Source: Aureliella sp. (GTDB lineage: Bacteria; Planctomycetota; Planctomycetia; Pirellulales; Pirellulaceae). Taken from it: a stretch of 64,000 bases of DNA. The notes under the pieces were generated by a model that made no database searches, had not been told where the DNA came from, and saw only the letters and a list, made by a program, of their open reading frames with translations. The stretch spans positions 4,352,001-4,416,000 of the forward strand of contig OY829846.1 in assembly GCA_963691875.1 (NCBI GenBank), given 5' to 3'. Below are positions 20,414-29,403 of this stretch, one piece after another. Both the position numbers and the translations under genes were made by a program. Positions within the stretch are counted from its first letter, which is position 1. Each line of letters opens with the position of its first letter.

Positions 20414-22750
20414 ATGAATAAACAGCGCTGCTTTTTTCTCTTTGCTTCCCTGGCTTTTTTACTGTTCGCTGCAGGTCACTTGCATGCACAAGGTGAGGAT
20501 CCGTTTGGGGGCCCAGTGGCTGATCCCTTTGGCTCCGCGCCGAAAGGCCAAGATCCTTTCGGAAGTGGCAATTCTGGCAGCACCGGAGCAATGGATGCCT
20601 TTGGTGCTTTCGGTGGTAACAATAACGCCGTTGCTCCAGCAGCGGATGCAGGGACGGATCTGAATGAGGAAAGAGATCCTGTCGTTCAGCTTCTTCGAAG
20701 CGATCCCCCGAAGAATCCGAAAGACATGGCAAAGGGCCTTGTCTGGATGATCCGAATCAAACGCTGGGACGAAGTAGGGCGCCTATTGGATTCCGTCGCA
20801 GGATTCAATTGGAACGATGCGCAAAAAGTCAGTCTGTCACGCGGAGTTGGTTCAGCGAATTGGATCAGGCTAAAGAGTGAAGATGTCACGCTTTCTGATC
20901 CGCAGTCAGTCTTGGCCTCTGAGCTGATGGTTCTCCCTTCGCAGATCGCCAAAAACCCTCGTTGGATAGAAGGGTTGATTTCACAGTTGGCAAGTCCAAG
21001 CGTTAACGTGCGGCGCATGGCGACACTCAGGCTGTATGACTCCGGTTCCCTGGGTATTCAGTCTCTTGTGAATCATTTGCTTGCGGGTGACACTCCGGTC
21101 AAGCCGGCAGTTTTGTGTTCAACAGCGCTGAGTTTTGGCTCCGAAGGTGTTGAGGCACTGAGCGCGGCTTGTGGGGCTATGGATCCCGCAAAATCATCAC
21201 GCGTGGTTATGGCCGTTGCTACTACCGCAGAACGTGAGTTTGCATTAGAGATCGCTGCTGGACTGATCAACACCAAAACGTCTGTCGCAGACAAAGAAGC
21301 GCTGGTAAAGCAAGTGGCTTCTTTTTCATCGATTCCAAAGCCGGATGCGATCAACACTCAGCTCGCGGCAGTTTTCGCATCGCGGCTCGAGGCCTATCAA
21401 CGTGCGAGGGTGACTCCGAATCTTGGGAGTCGGCGCGTCTGGCGATTAGACGCTTCGAGAAACGCTGTCATGTTCGTTGATGCAGCCGAAGAAAACGGAG
21501 CTCTCACAAGACTAGCCGAGGTTGCTGTTATGCAGCTGCGAGCTGGCGGCACGAATGAGTCGACGACCGTCAATGCGCTGATCGCGCTGCTGCAGAGTGA
21601 GTATCAGTGGAATCCAACCGTGCATCCTGCGAGTTTCAATCCTCAGCAGAGTCTACCGGAAGTGGATCCCTCATTGCTCACGCTGGAGCGACTGAAGACT
21701 GCCTTTGAGAGGGCCAGTGAGTTGCAGATGCATGGTTCAGCGATTCTGGCGATGCAGCTTTTGCCCAAGCAATTGGATGCGCCTACCTTGGGGTTCTTGA
21801 GCGATGCACTTGCAGATTCTCGACCAATCATTCGCTATATGGCTCTCGAGAGTTTGCAAAAGTTGGATCCTAAACAGGATTTTCGAGGTTCAAGCCAAGC
21901 TGTGCGTACAGCGATCGAAATGTCGAAGCTAGCGAGTGGTCCCCACACTTTGGTAATTGGTCTTCAAGCAGATCTGAGGCAGACAGCGGCTGAGCAGATT
22001 CAAATGATTACGACAGCCGAGGTAACTGTGGTGAAGAGCGCCAAAGCTGCCCTGCTTGCGCTTGAGGGCGATCGGCCGGTAGAGTTGATTGTGATTTGTG
22101 ATCGTGTCCGAGATCAGACTCTATTTGAGTTTCTGCAGCGAGTTCGGAATTCCGCCAAGGGCGAGGCTTTGCCAATTGCTATTCTCATCGAACAATTGAA
22201 GCCTTACGAAGAACGGCTGATTGGGAGTTTAGGTGGAGTTGTGCGTTCTTTGCTGACAACCGATCCCGCTCAGATGCGTCGCGTAGTTAGCCAGCTGCTT
22301 GGTGAATTGGACAGTGAACCACTGAGTGAAATCGACCGCTCCGAGTTTGCTGCTGCGGCGATGCGATTCTTGTCGCAAATCACAAGTGATCGCGAAACCT
22401 ATTCGTTCTATTCCGTTAGCGGTGTACGGGCGGCACTTGCTCAAACCGTCAAATCCTTGGTCGGTCCACAAAGGGCAAGCATTCTTTCTGGAATGGGCAC
22501 GTCGGACAGTCAATTAGAGTTGGTTGAGTTGGCGGCCGCCGGCGATGAGGCAGAGCGCCTGCTCGCAGCCAAGGCGTTTGCAGTATCGGTGAAGCGCTTT
22601 GGAAATCAACTTGGGAAAGCAGGTGTGAAGCAGAGCTACGAGCTTTACAACGATCTAGGTCCGAAAGATCCGTCAAACATGCGAATTCTTGGATTCGTTT
22701 TGGACGTGATCGAGGCTCAAGCTGGCGAACGCGACTGGCCAGCCCTCTAG
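20414..22750 (+). CDS. Exported hypothetical protein: DPF repeats, helical (HEAT-like) repeats and a receiver-like domain
   Basis: Signal peptide, three DPFG copies, LADSRPIIRYMALESL (HEAT-like), receiver-like beta/alpha pattern near aa 510-620. Confidence 0.7.
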   Translation: MNKQRCFFLFASLAFLLFAAGHLHAQGEDPFGGPVADPFGSAPKGQDPFGSGNSGSTGAMDAFGAFGGNNNAVAPAADAGTDLNEERDPVVQLLRSDPPKNPKDMAKGLVWMIRIKRWDEVGRLLDSVAGFNWNDAQKVSLSRGVGSANWIRLKSEDVTLSDPQSVLASELMVLPSQIAKNPRWIEGLISQLASPSVNVRRMATLRLYDSGSLGIQSLVNHLLAGDTPVKPAVLCSTALSFGSEGVEALSAACGAMDPAKSSRVVMAVATTAEREFALEIAAGLINTKTSVADKEALVKQVASFSSIPKPDAINTQLAAVFASRLEAYQRARVTPNLGSRRVWRLDASRNAVMFVDAAEENGALTRLAEVAVMQLRAGGTNESTTVNALIALLQSEYQWNPTVHPASFNPQQSLPEVDPSLLTLERLKTAFERASELQMHGSAILAMQLLPKQLDAPTLGFLSDALADSRPIIRYMALESLQKLDPKQDFRGSSQAVRTAIEMSKLASGPHTLVIGLQADLRQTAAEQIQMITTAEVTVVKSAKAALLALEGDRPVELIVICDRVRDQTLFEFLQRVRNSAKGEALPIAILIEQLKPYEERLIGSLGGVVRSLLTTDPAQMRRVVSQLLGELDSEPLSEIDRSEFAAAAMRFLSQITSDRETYSFYSVSGVRAALAQTVKSLVGPQRASILSGMGTSDSQLELVELAAAGDEAERLLAAKAFAVSVKRFGNQLGKAGVKQSYELYNDLGPKDPSNMRILGFVLDVIEAQAGERDWPAL

Positions 22751-23003
22751 TCTTTGTGTTGCTGAGTTCGTGGGCGGACACTCACTAGATTTACATCCGA
22801 TGGACGATGGTCGAAGAAAGTCTTGGTGCCTTAATTACGATTTCTTCCTACTTGCCGAGTACCGAGAACTCTCGTTTAAAGGCTATTGGTCCGGATTCTG
22901 ACTTTGCGTAGCAGTGGTGTTTGCAATCACTCCATTGTTACGTCATTCTTGCTCAAGGAATAGGCAATTCTAATCAGTTGGTAATGCCGTCTTTTGGGGC
23001 TAT

Positions 23004-23032
23004 TTCGAAAGCCTGCTGGCTTTGTCTACAAT
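23004..23032 (+). promoter_or_regulatory. Candidate sigma70-type promoter of the sigma54 activator gene
   Basis: TTCGAA-17 nt-TACAAT. Confidence 0.3.
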
Positions 23033-23232
23033 GAACCGTTGGAATGCTGTGCAGCTTGCCCGGTTGTTCGTTCAATGGCTGGCAAAGTTACGTACCTCAA
23101 GCAAGGGTGTCGTCGCTAGCGGAACGACATTGAGGTAGGTGGCTAGTAGTTGTGCACATGTTCAGCAAGGGCGCGATCATCACGAATGCTCGCCGCCACC
23201 CATTCGCTTTCCTCCTGAGGCACACGACAGAA

Positions 23233-24324
23233 ATGTCGCGCTATGGATTTCAAACTGTTTCTGAGGAGCCGGATTCACCGTTAGACGGTATCATCGGTTC
23301 TAGCCCAGCAATGGAAGAGGTCTACAAAACGACTCGCCGCGTGGCTCGCAGCAACGCTTCGGTGCTGTTGCTGGGAGAGACTGGAACGGGGAAAGAGCTA
23401 ATCGCGAGTGCAATCCACGGTCTCAGCGATCGTAGCTCAGGGCCCTTTGTTAAAGTTAATTGTGGCGCGTTGAGCGAAAGCTTGCTGGAAAGCGAGCTGT
23501 TTGGGCACGTTCGTGGTGCGTTCACCAGTGCTGTAAGCAATCGAACTGGACGCTTTGAAGCAGCGCATAGCGGCACGATCTTCCTCGACGAGATCAATAG
23601 CACTTCCCTGATCCTCCAGGTCAAGCTGCTGCGAGTTCTGCAGGAACGCGAGTTCGAGCGAGTTGGCGACACGACCACGATTACAGTCGATACACGCGTC
23701 ATTGCTGCGAGTAACCGTGATTTGACTAACGAAGTGCAGGAAGAGCGGTTTCGAGAAGACCTCTACTGGCGGCTCAATGTAGTCCCTGTGCAGATTCCGC
23801 CGTTGCGAAAACGAACCGAAGACATCCCGGCGCTCGTGGCTCATTTCCTGAATCATTACAGTGAAGCCAACAATCGCTATGTAGTGCATATTCAGCCGGA
23901 AGCAGTCGAGGCGATGCAGCAGTATCACTGGCCGGGTAATGTCCGCGAGTTACAAAACTACGTGGAGCGGGCCGTTGTGATGGCTGATGGCGATGAGCTG
24001 ACTCTGGATCTGCTACCAGACGTTGTGCGTGGCCGCAGTGGCGGACAAGGAACGGTTAGCGTGCGTGGAATCGACCTGGAAACTTTGACTAAGGAGCTAG
24101 TAGACCAGGGTGTTCAAACGGCTGAGCGCGAAAAGCAGAACATTCATGGGTTTGTCGTCAACAACGTGGAAAAAGAGCTTATCTCTCAAGTCCTTGCCAG
24201 CTGCAACTACGTGCAAACTAAAACGGCAGCCAAGCTCGGAATCAATCGTAATACGCTTCATAAGAAGTTAAAGGATTACGATTTGGAAGGCTCGTCCGCG
24301 GAAGATAAGAATGAGAATTCTTAG
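23233..24324 (+). CDS. Sigma54-dependent transcriptional activator (AAA+ and Fis-type HTH, no N-terminal sensory domain)
   Basis: GETGTGKE, ESELFGHVRGAFTSA, FLDEI, WPGNVRELQN, AAKLGINRNTLHKKL; start at ATG 23233. Confidence 0.93.
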   Translation: MSRYGFQTVSEEPDSPLDGIIGSSPAMEEVYKTTRRVARSNASVLLLGETGTGKELIASAIHGLSDRSSGPFVKVNCGALSESLLESELFGHVRGAFTSAVSNRTGRFEAAHSGTIFLDEINSTSLILQVKLLRVLQEREFERVGDTTTITVDTRVIAASNRDLTNEVQEERFREDLYWRLNVVPVQIPPLRKRTEDIPALVAHFLNHYSEANNRYVVHIQPEAVEAMQQYHWPGNVRELQNYVERAVVMADGDELTLDLLPDVVRGRSGGQGTVSVRGIDLETLTKELVDQGVQTAEREKQNIHGFVVNNVEKELISQVLASCNYVQTKTAAKLGINRNTLHKKLKDYDLEGSSAEDKNENS

Positions 24325-24484
24325 GGCAATCAGCGCCACGCGATAGTTTTGCTAGCGAAGTGCCGATAACGATCAAGCTTCGGCATGCGCTTGTTGATTC
24401 AGTCTACAACTAAGATTGTCGGTTGTAGCGATTTTTCGGTCGCAACTCCATATTTAGCCGCCGAAGTCACTGGGTGGCGAACAC

Positions 24485-25453
24485 ATGATCTTCCGCGCAC
24501 AAGCTCGATTAGGAATGCTGCTGGGCAGTATTGCGTTGACGTGCGCGGTTTCGTTTCCAAACGCAACTCGAAGCGACGAATTTCCAATTCTGCGACCTCC
24601 CACGCTGGGTGGTGCCGGTCATTGGTCTGATTATGTGCTGCACGGCGATTGGCGAATCCAAAAGCATGCCAACAGCAACGATTATCGCTTGTTAGACGGT
24701 CTGAACCGCAAGGTGACCGTAGGCTCGGTTCACGACTGCTTTCTCGCTCTAGACGAACATCGAGCTTCAGGGGAAGCTCCTCCGATGCCTAAGCATGTCG
24801 TGGTCGTTATGCATGGCCTGGCAGGTTCTCGAGCCTTGATGAGTGGACTTGAGCGATACTTGGAGCGAGAAGGTGGCTACACCGTTCTAAACTTCGGTTA
24901 TGCCTCCACCAAGGGCACGATCCAGGAGCATACGCTTGCACTTGAAAGTGTGCTGAGAAACTTACAGGGCGTTGAGGAGATAAGTCTCGTTGCACACAGT
25001 ATGTCGAACATCATGTTCCGTCACTTGCTGTTTCGCGCCCAGTATCAGAGCGTCCCGCTGCCAGTAAGTATTCGTAGGATGGTGATGATCAGCCCGCCGA
25101 ATCACGGCTCGGCTTTGGCGGACTCTCTTGGTCAGCGGGCGTATGTGCAATTTTTACTTGGTGCGTCCGTAAATCAGTTTGCTCGTAGCCAGCAGTGGTA
25201 CAGGCTTGAACAACAGCTGGCGGTTCCAGGGTGTGAGTTCGGGATCATTGCTGGTGGTCGTGGGAACGATATAGGTTATCTGTCTGCGATTCCTGGCGAT
25301 GACGATGGGATCGTCGAGATCAATTCTCACTACTTGCCCGGGGCCAGTGATTTCATTCAGACCGGTGGGCTTCACCACGTCATGCCTCTGTATCCTGATA
25401 CTCGACGGGCCACATTAAGCTTTCTCAAGTGCGGGCATTTTCGGAAGCGTTGA
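24485..25453 (+). CDS. Alpha/beta hydrolase (lipase-like), probably exported
   Basis: VMHGLAG, AHSMS nucleophile elbow, PPNHGS, DDGIV, catalytic His region LHH. Confidence 0.8.
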   Translation: MIFRAQARLGMLLGSIALTCAVSFPNATRSDEFPILRPPTLGGAGHWSDYVLHGDWRIQKHANSNDYRLLDGLNRKVTVGSVHDCFLALDEHRASGEAPPMPKHVVVVMHGLAGSRALMSGLERYLEREGGYTVLNFGYASTKGTIQEHTLALESVLRNLQGVEEISLVAHSMSNIMFRHLLFRAQYQSVPLPVSIRRMVMISPPNHGSALADSLGQRAYVQFLLGASVNQFARSQQWYRLEQQLAVPGCEFGIIAGGRGNDIGYLSAIPGDDDGIVEINSHYLPGASDFIQTGGLHHVMPLYPDTRRATLSFLKCGHFRKR

Positions 25454-25550
25454 ATTGCGCGTCAGGGCAATACACGTAGCGTCAGCCAGTGAGTCTTCAT
25501 ACTATTTCTACGCAGATCAGCCCAAGCACGTCGTCGGCTTCGGATTGGCG

Positions 25551-25618
25551 GAATCGAGCTCCGCTACCGGATCGTTGCCTAATCGACTACTGCCAAAAGT
25601 CCTGACGACTTCGGCTAC
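25551..25618 (-). repeat. Tandem degenerate GTAG-type REP-like units between convergent genes
   Basis: Minus strand GTAGCCGAAGTCGTCAGGACTTTTG (25594-25618), plus GTAGTCGATTAGGC and GTAGCGGAGCTCGATTC. Confidence 0.5.
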
Positions 25619-25635
25619 AGGTGACTCTTGGGCAG

Positions 25636-26715
25636 CTATAGCCCAATCGATGGAACGACGGCTCGAGCGGGAGCTTTGAGGATATTCTCCATGTCCACTT
25701 GAAGGCGTGTCGAGCCGCCACAGGAATAAGAACCGGTCGGAGAGGAACCAAATGCAGTTTGGCAGACCTGTGAGATCATTCTGACGCTCGCTAAATGCTC
25801 TTTCATATAATGCGAGCGTCCAACGTCTTCCGTTAGCAGCTGCTGGCAAAGCTTGTGAGCGTTTATGCCCAAGCGTGAAGCGCAGATTCCGGTGTAGCCC
25901 ATCGCTTGCTGGTCGCGACAAGATTGTATCGGCCAGCGTTTGAGAGTGGCGTCTCTCGTGTTGTAAGTCGTGTGGAGCTTCTCAATCGGATAAGCGGCCA
26001 TTTCGTATCGATGGCCAGAATACAGATGGTCGTTATCCATCGCCGGTGATATGAGCGACAGCCGCAGGTTGATGCGTTCATCTGGAGAACCACCAGCCAA
26101 AGTTTGTCCATTCAAGCTACCACCGCCAAGGTAATGAGCTGCTACGACTGCACAGGTCGCTCCGAAGCTGTGGCCGCCCAAAGTCAATGGGAGCTCAGTG
26201 CTCATTTGCTGAGCCAGTTTGGCCACGTAGTAGCCCTGTCGCTCGGTGTAGTTGTACTTGGTGCGGATATTTTTACGCACGAGTTTAATCGGCGTTACAA
26301 GAGGTCGCTTATGCACCCACTCAGCTGGCCACGACCAAAAAACGAACAACTTGGGGCCAGGGCAAACTCTCAATCGCTCATAGACTTTCCAAGCGGACTT
26401 CATCGCATTCTTGTGGTCCAGCGAATTGCCGTGAACGAAGATTAATGTTGCAAGCTGGGATTGCCTCTCCAGTAGTGCTTGTCGAGTTTCTTCTTGAAAG
26501 GAGTTTGTCTCCATACACCAACGCTTAAAGGTCAGTGCCTCAAATCCTTCGTCCAGATTATTACAACGCGGAGCGCAGCGTGAGTTGACGACCCAGAATT
26601 CCGGACTGCTGTGCTCGCAGAGGCTGCATTCTTGAGCCGATGCGGGACTCGATAGATTCGGCCACGCGAGCAGGAATAGCAAGGCAAGAGACAAAGAGTG
26701 TGAGTGGGCAATCAT
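25636..26715 (-). CDS. Exported alpha/beta hydrolase (DUF900-like)
   Basis: Signal peptide, IFVHGN, FWSWP, GHSFG, SH; Cys-rich. Confidence 0.72.
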   Translation of the reverse strand: MIAHSHSLSLALLFLLAWPNLSSPASAQECSLCEHSSPEFWVVNSRCAPRCNNLDEGFEALTFKRWCMETNSFQEETRQALLERQSQLATLIFVHGNSLDHKNAMKSAWKVYERLRVCPGPKLFVFWSWPAEWVHKRPLVTPIKLVRKNIRTKYNYTERQGYYVAKLAQQMSTELPLTLGGHSFGATCAVVAAHYLGGGSLNGQTLAGGSPDERINLRLSLISPAMDNDHLYSGHRYEMAAYPIEKLHTTYNTRDATLKRWPIQSCRDQQAMGYTGICASRLGINAHKLCQQLLTEDVGRSHYMKEHLASVRMISQVCQTAFGSSPTGSYSCGGSTRLQVDMENILKAPARAVVPSIGL

Positions 26716-26927
26716 GTCAGTGTTCCGCGCAGGACGTGAGGAAGTGACACAGACTCCGTTATGCATCATGGAAAGGTACCCGGTCGTGGGGGCTTCAAGC
26801 AGAGCAGTAGGCTGCAATCTGAGTATTATGCGTGAAAGTAGAACGCTGGCTCCCGACAATTACTACATTCGGAAGGTCTAGTTGATGCGGATTTTGATTC
26901 AAGCTACGCGAAAGGGCGTCTTGGCTC

Positions 26928-27263
26928 TCAGCCTTCTTCGATTTCCTCCTGGAGCCGCCGGACCAAATCAGCACGGGAGAGACTGCTTGCTCGCACAGAA
27001 GTGACGTCAAGATCCAGATAGGTGCCGAGTTTCATCGCCAGATCCACGTCACGAATTCCTTCGTATTGGTTCGTGCGCTCTACTCGATTGCCAATCTGTT
27101 CGTAAATCGTTTGGGAGTCGATCGAAAAATCCGACTCAAAACAATCCTCAAGCTCCTCAATCCAAGCGGCTGGTATGCCCCGCTGCTGACAGAGTTCGAG
27201 GGACCAAATCTCGTCTCCGGTGCATTCAGATAGAAGCTGCAAAGCTGTCAGTCGAGTGAACAA
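26928..27263 (-). CDS. Hypothetical acidic protein
   Basis: ORF co-directional with the DUF480 gene; probable TTG start at 27263 (ORF open from 27311). Confidence 0.6.
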   Translation of the reverse strand: MFTRLTALQLLSECTGDEIWSLELCQQRGIPAAWIEELEDCFESDFSIDSQTIYEQIGNRVERTNQYEGIRDVDLAMKLGTYLDLDVTSVRASSLSRADLVRRLQEEIEEG

Positions 27264-27311
27264 CTTGGTGGAGCCCTTTCGTTCAAAGTGAAGACCTCGG
27301 CTGAGAAGCAC

Positions 27312-28007
27312 CTAGCTCTCGAGTCTTGTCACGCGTTCGGTCAGTTGTCGAACTTGCGTTTGAAGGTCAGCAATTGTTTGCTTGAGTTGTTCTAGATCCT
27401 CGCCGGAAACACGTGGACTGGAACTTGAGCTCGAGGCGAGACGCCCGCCGCCACCAGCAGCTACATGCTGCTTCACTGCTTCCAGTTCATGCGACTCGTA
27501 GAGATTGTGCGTGTAAATCTGCCCGCGGCCCTCGGCGGTAAGAGCCACAACGAGATTCTTGTCCTCGAGACTCTTCAAGATGGTCTTTAAAGCTGCCAGA
27601 TCGGCAATCGGCTCAAAACGACTAACGCGTGTGCGAAGGTCGCCAACCGTCTGTTCGCCTCGAAGAAGCAATTCTGCCATGACGCCAGCTTCCGCCCCTT
27701 TGACTCCCAAGAAGTCGTAGCCGTAGTGCCGGTACTTGGGAACGCGGCCACCACCGTGGACTTCGGCAACAATACCTTCGCTGCGCATATCGGCCAAGCA
27801 TTCTTCCACTTGATCCGAGTTCAAATTTAGTACCGGAGCTCGATTGCTCTTTTGATTGCAGCCCGTCACCAGACCATTCAGTGAAAGAGGATAAGCGTCG
27901 GGTGTGGTACGAGCTTTTTCCATCAGAACACCCAGGATACGACGCTGCATTTCCCTAAGTGGTTTGACTTCTTTGGGGGCTTCCGATTCAGGCGTGGTTT
28001 CGTTCAT
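27312..28007 (-). CDS. DUF480 (YceH-like) protein
   Basis: RILGVLMEKARTTPDAYPLSLNGLVTGCNQKSNR, ELLLRGEQTVGDLRTR. Confidence 0.9.
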   Translation of the reverse strand: MNETTPESEAPKEVKPLREMQRRILGVLMEKARTTPDAYPLSLNGLVTGCNQKSNRAPVLNLNSDQVEECLADMRSEGIVAEVHGGGRVPKYRHYGYDFLGVKGAEAGVMAELLLRGEQTVGDLRTRVSRFEPIADLAALKTILKSLEDKNLVVALTAEGRGQIYTHNLYESHELEAVKQHVAAGGGGRLASSSSSSPRVSGEDLEQLKQTIADLQTQVRQLTERVTRLES

Positions 28008-28045
28008 GTTGCGCTAGAGTTAGAGAAGTTGGGGACGAGTTGGCG

Positions 28046-28831
28046 TTAAACGTCAGGTCGTCCCTGGATACGAAACATTTGCTCGTGAGGCAACAGCGCT
28101 CCGCCATCAATAGAAATGGTTGAACCGTTGATGTAGTCGCTGTTTGGGTCACATAAGAAAACTGCGGCTCGCGCTATTTCATCAGGTTCCGCCAAGCGTC
28201 CCCAAGGTAGCTCACCGCCCTTTTCGGATAATTCCGTTTCGTGGAAGAATTTGCGTTCGCCGGGAGTGTTGGTCCATCCCGGATGTACGATGTTGACTCG
28301 GATGCGGTGTTCGGCCAATTCGCAGGCAGCCGTACGTGCCATTTGGTCAATTGCTGCCTTGGCCATATTGTAAGCCATCGCACCAGGAATTGCCTTGATA
28401 GCATGAGGTGAACTGACGACGACGACAGAGCCGCCCGTACCTTGCTGGATCATTGCGTTTGCAGCAGCTCGCAAGTAATTGAATGGTCCCCACATGCAAA
28501 CATCGATCGTCTTTTCAAAGCCTTCCATGTTTGCCTTGTAGAACAATTCACGGTCACTGTACGCCGCATTGGTGACCAGGATATCAATCTTGCCTCGGTC
28601 CGCGATCAAGTTCTGAACTGTGGTTTCAGCCAGTTCTCGATCGGTCACATCCGCCACGGCCGCTGAAGCACTGCCACCTGTGGACTCAATTGCAGCTATG
28701 GTCTCCTCGGGCGCTAAAATGTCATTCAAAGCAACATGTGCACCTTCGACAGCGAGGCCACGTGCAATGGCAGCTCCAATGCCGCGAGCTGCGCCAGTGA
28801 CCAAAGCAACTTTTCCATCCAGCTTACCCAT
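28046..28831 (-). CDS. Short-chain dehydrogenase/reductase
   Basis: TGAARGIG, NAA, YNMAK, IRVNIVHPG, IDGG. Confidence 0.93.
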   Translation of the reverse strand: MGKLDGKVALVTGAARGIGAAIARGLAVEGAHVALNDILAPEETIAAIESTGGSASAAVADVTDRELAETTVQNLIADRGKIDILVTNAAYSDRELFYKANMEGFEKTIDVCMWGPFNYLRAAANAMIQQGTGGSVVVVSSPHAIKAIPGAMAYNMAKAAIDQMARTAACELAEHRIRVNIVHPGWTNTPGERKFFHETELSEKGGELPWGRLAEPDEIARAAVFLCDPNSDYINGSTISIDGGALLPHEQMFRIQGRPDV

Positions 28832-28880
28832 TTGCGATTTTTCCTGCCGACGATAGTTTGATTCGAGATGCGTGTGTTTT

Positions 28881-29348
28881 CTAGTTTCGCGAAACGATCA
28901 CGACGCCGAGAATCACGAGTCCAATTCCCAAGACTCGCATTCGGTTGATCTGTTGCTGATCGTAGTCGAGCCAACCGAAGTGATCGAGTACCAGCGAAAG
29001 TGCGATTTGCCCGGTTAGTACCCAGCCGATCCAACGCGTTGCGCCCAGCGTCGGAGCAACAAGGAACGAAACTGTCACCATGTATGTTCCGAGCAACCCA
29101 CCCGTCCAGGCCCACCAAGGAAGTCCGGCGAGGTGCGGCCAGGAAGGTAATCCCACCCGCATGGCTGTCGCTATGGCCAGCAGTGCGATGAATCCGGTGC
29201 CAAAGCTGATGACGCTTGCTTGCAAGGCGTGACTACAGGCTGTTGATAACTTGCGATTCACAGCAGGTTGAAGCGCCATCACGCAGCCTGCCCCCAAAGC
29301 AAGGACGATGAACAGAACTTTAAGTGTGGTGAGCTTGTCCATCGTCAT
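28881..29348 (-). CDS. DMT family transporter (YdcZ/DUF606)
   Basis: Q.AVN..L, PWWAWTGGLLG, GQ..LSLVLDHFG. Confidence 0.88.
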   Translation of the reverse strand: MTMDKLTTLKVLFIVLALGAGCVMALQPAVNRKLSTACSHALQASVISFGTGFIALLAIATAMRVGLPSWPHLAGLPWWAWTGGLLGTYMVTVSFLVAPTLGATRWIGWVLTGQIALSLVLDHFGWLDYDQQQINRMRVLGIGLVILGVVIVSRN

Positions 29349-29403
29349 CCCTTGTTACTGACTGTTCGGGGGGGCCAGGTCGATTGGTTGCCTTGAGCAA
29401 GAA

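Noticed and set aside
22751..23232. Sigma54 -24/-12 promoter or c-di-GMP riboswitch upstream of the activator
   Set aside because: TGGC candidates lack GG-N10-GC spacing, and the GGCAAA is not in a GEMM-like context
26928..28007. DUF480 stop (TAG) is immediately followed in-frame by another ORF, suggesting readthrough
   Set aside because: DUF480 is complete, and the downstream ORF has a plausible independent TTG start at 27263 with an upstream AAAGGG; no recoding signal seen
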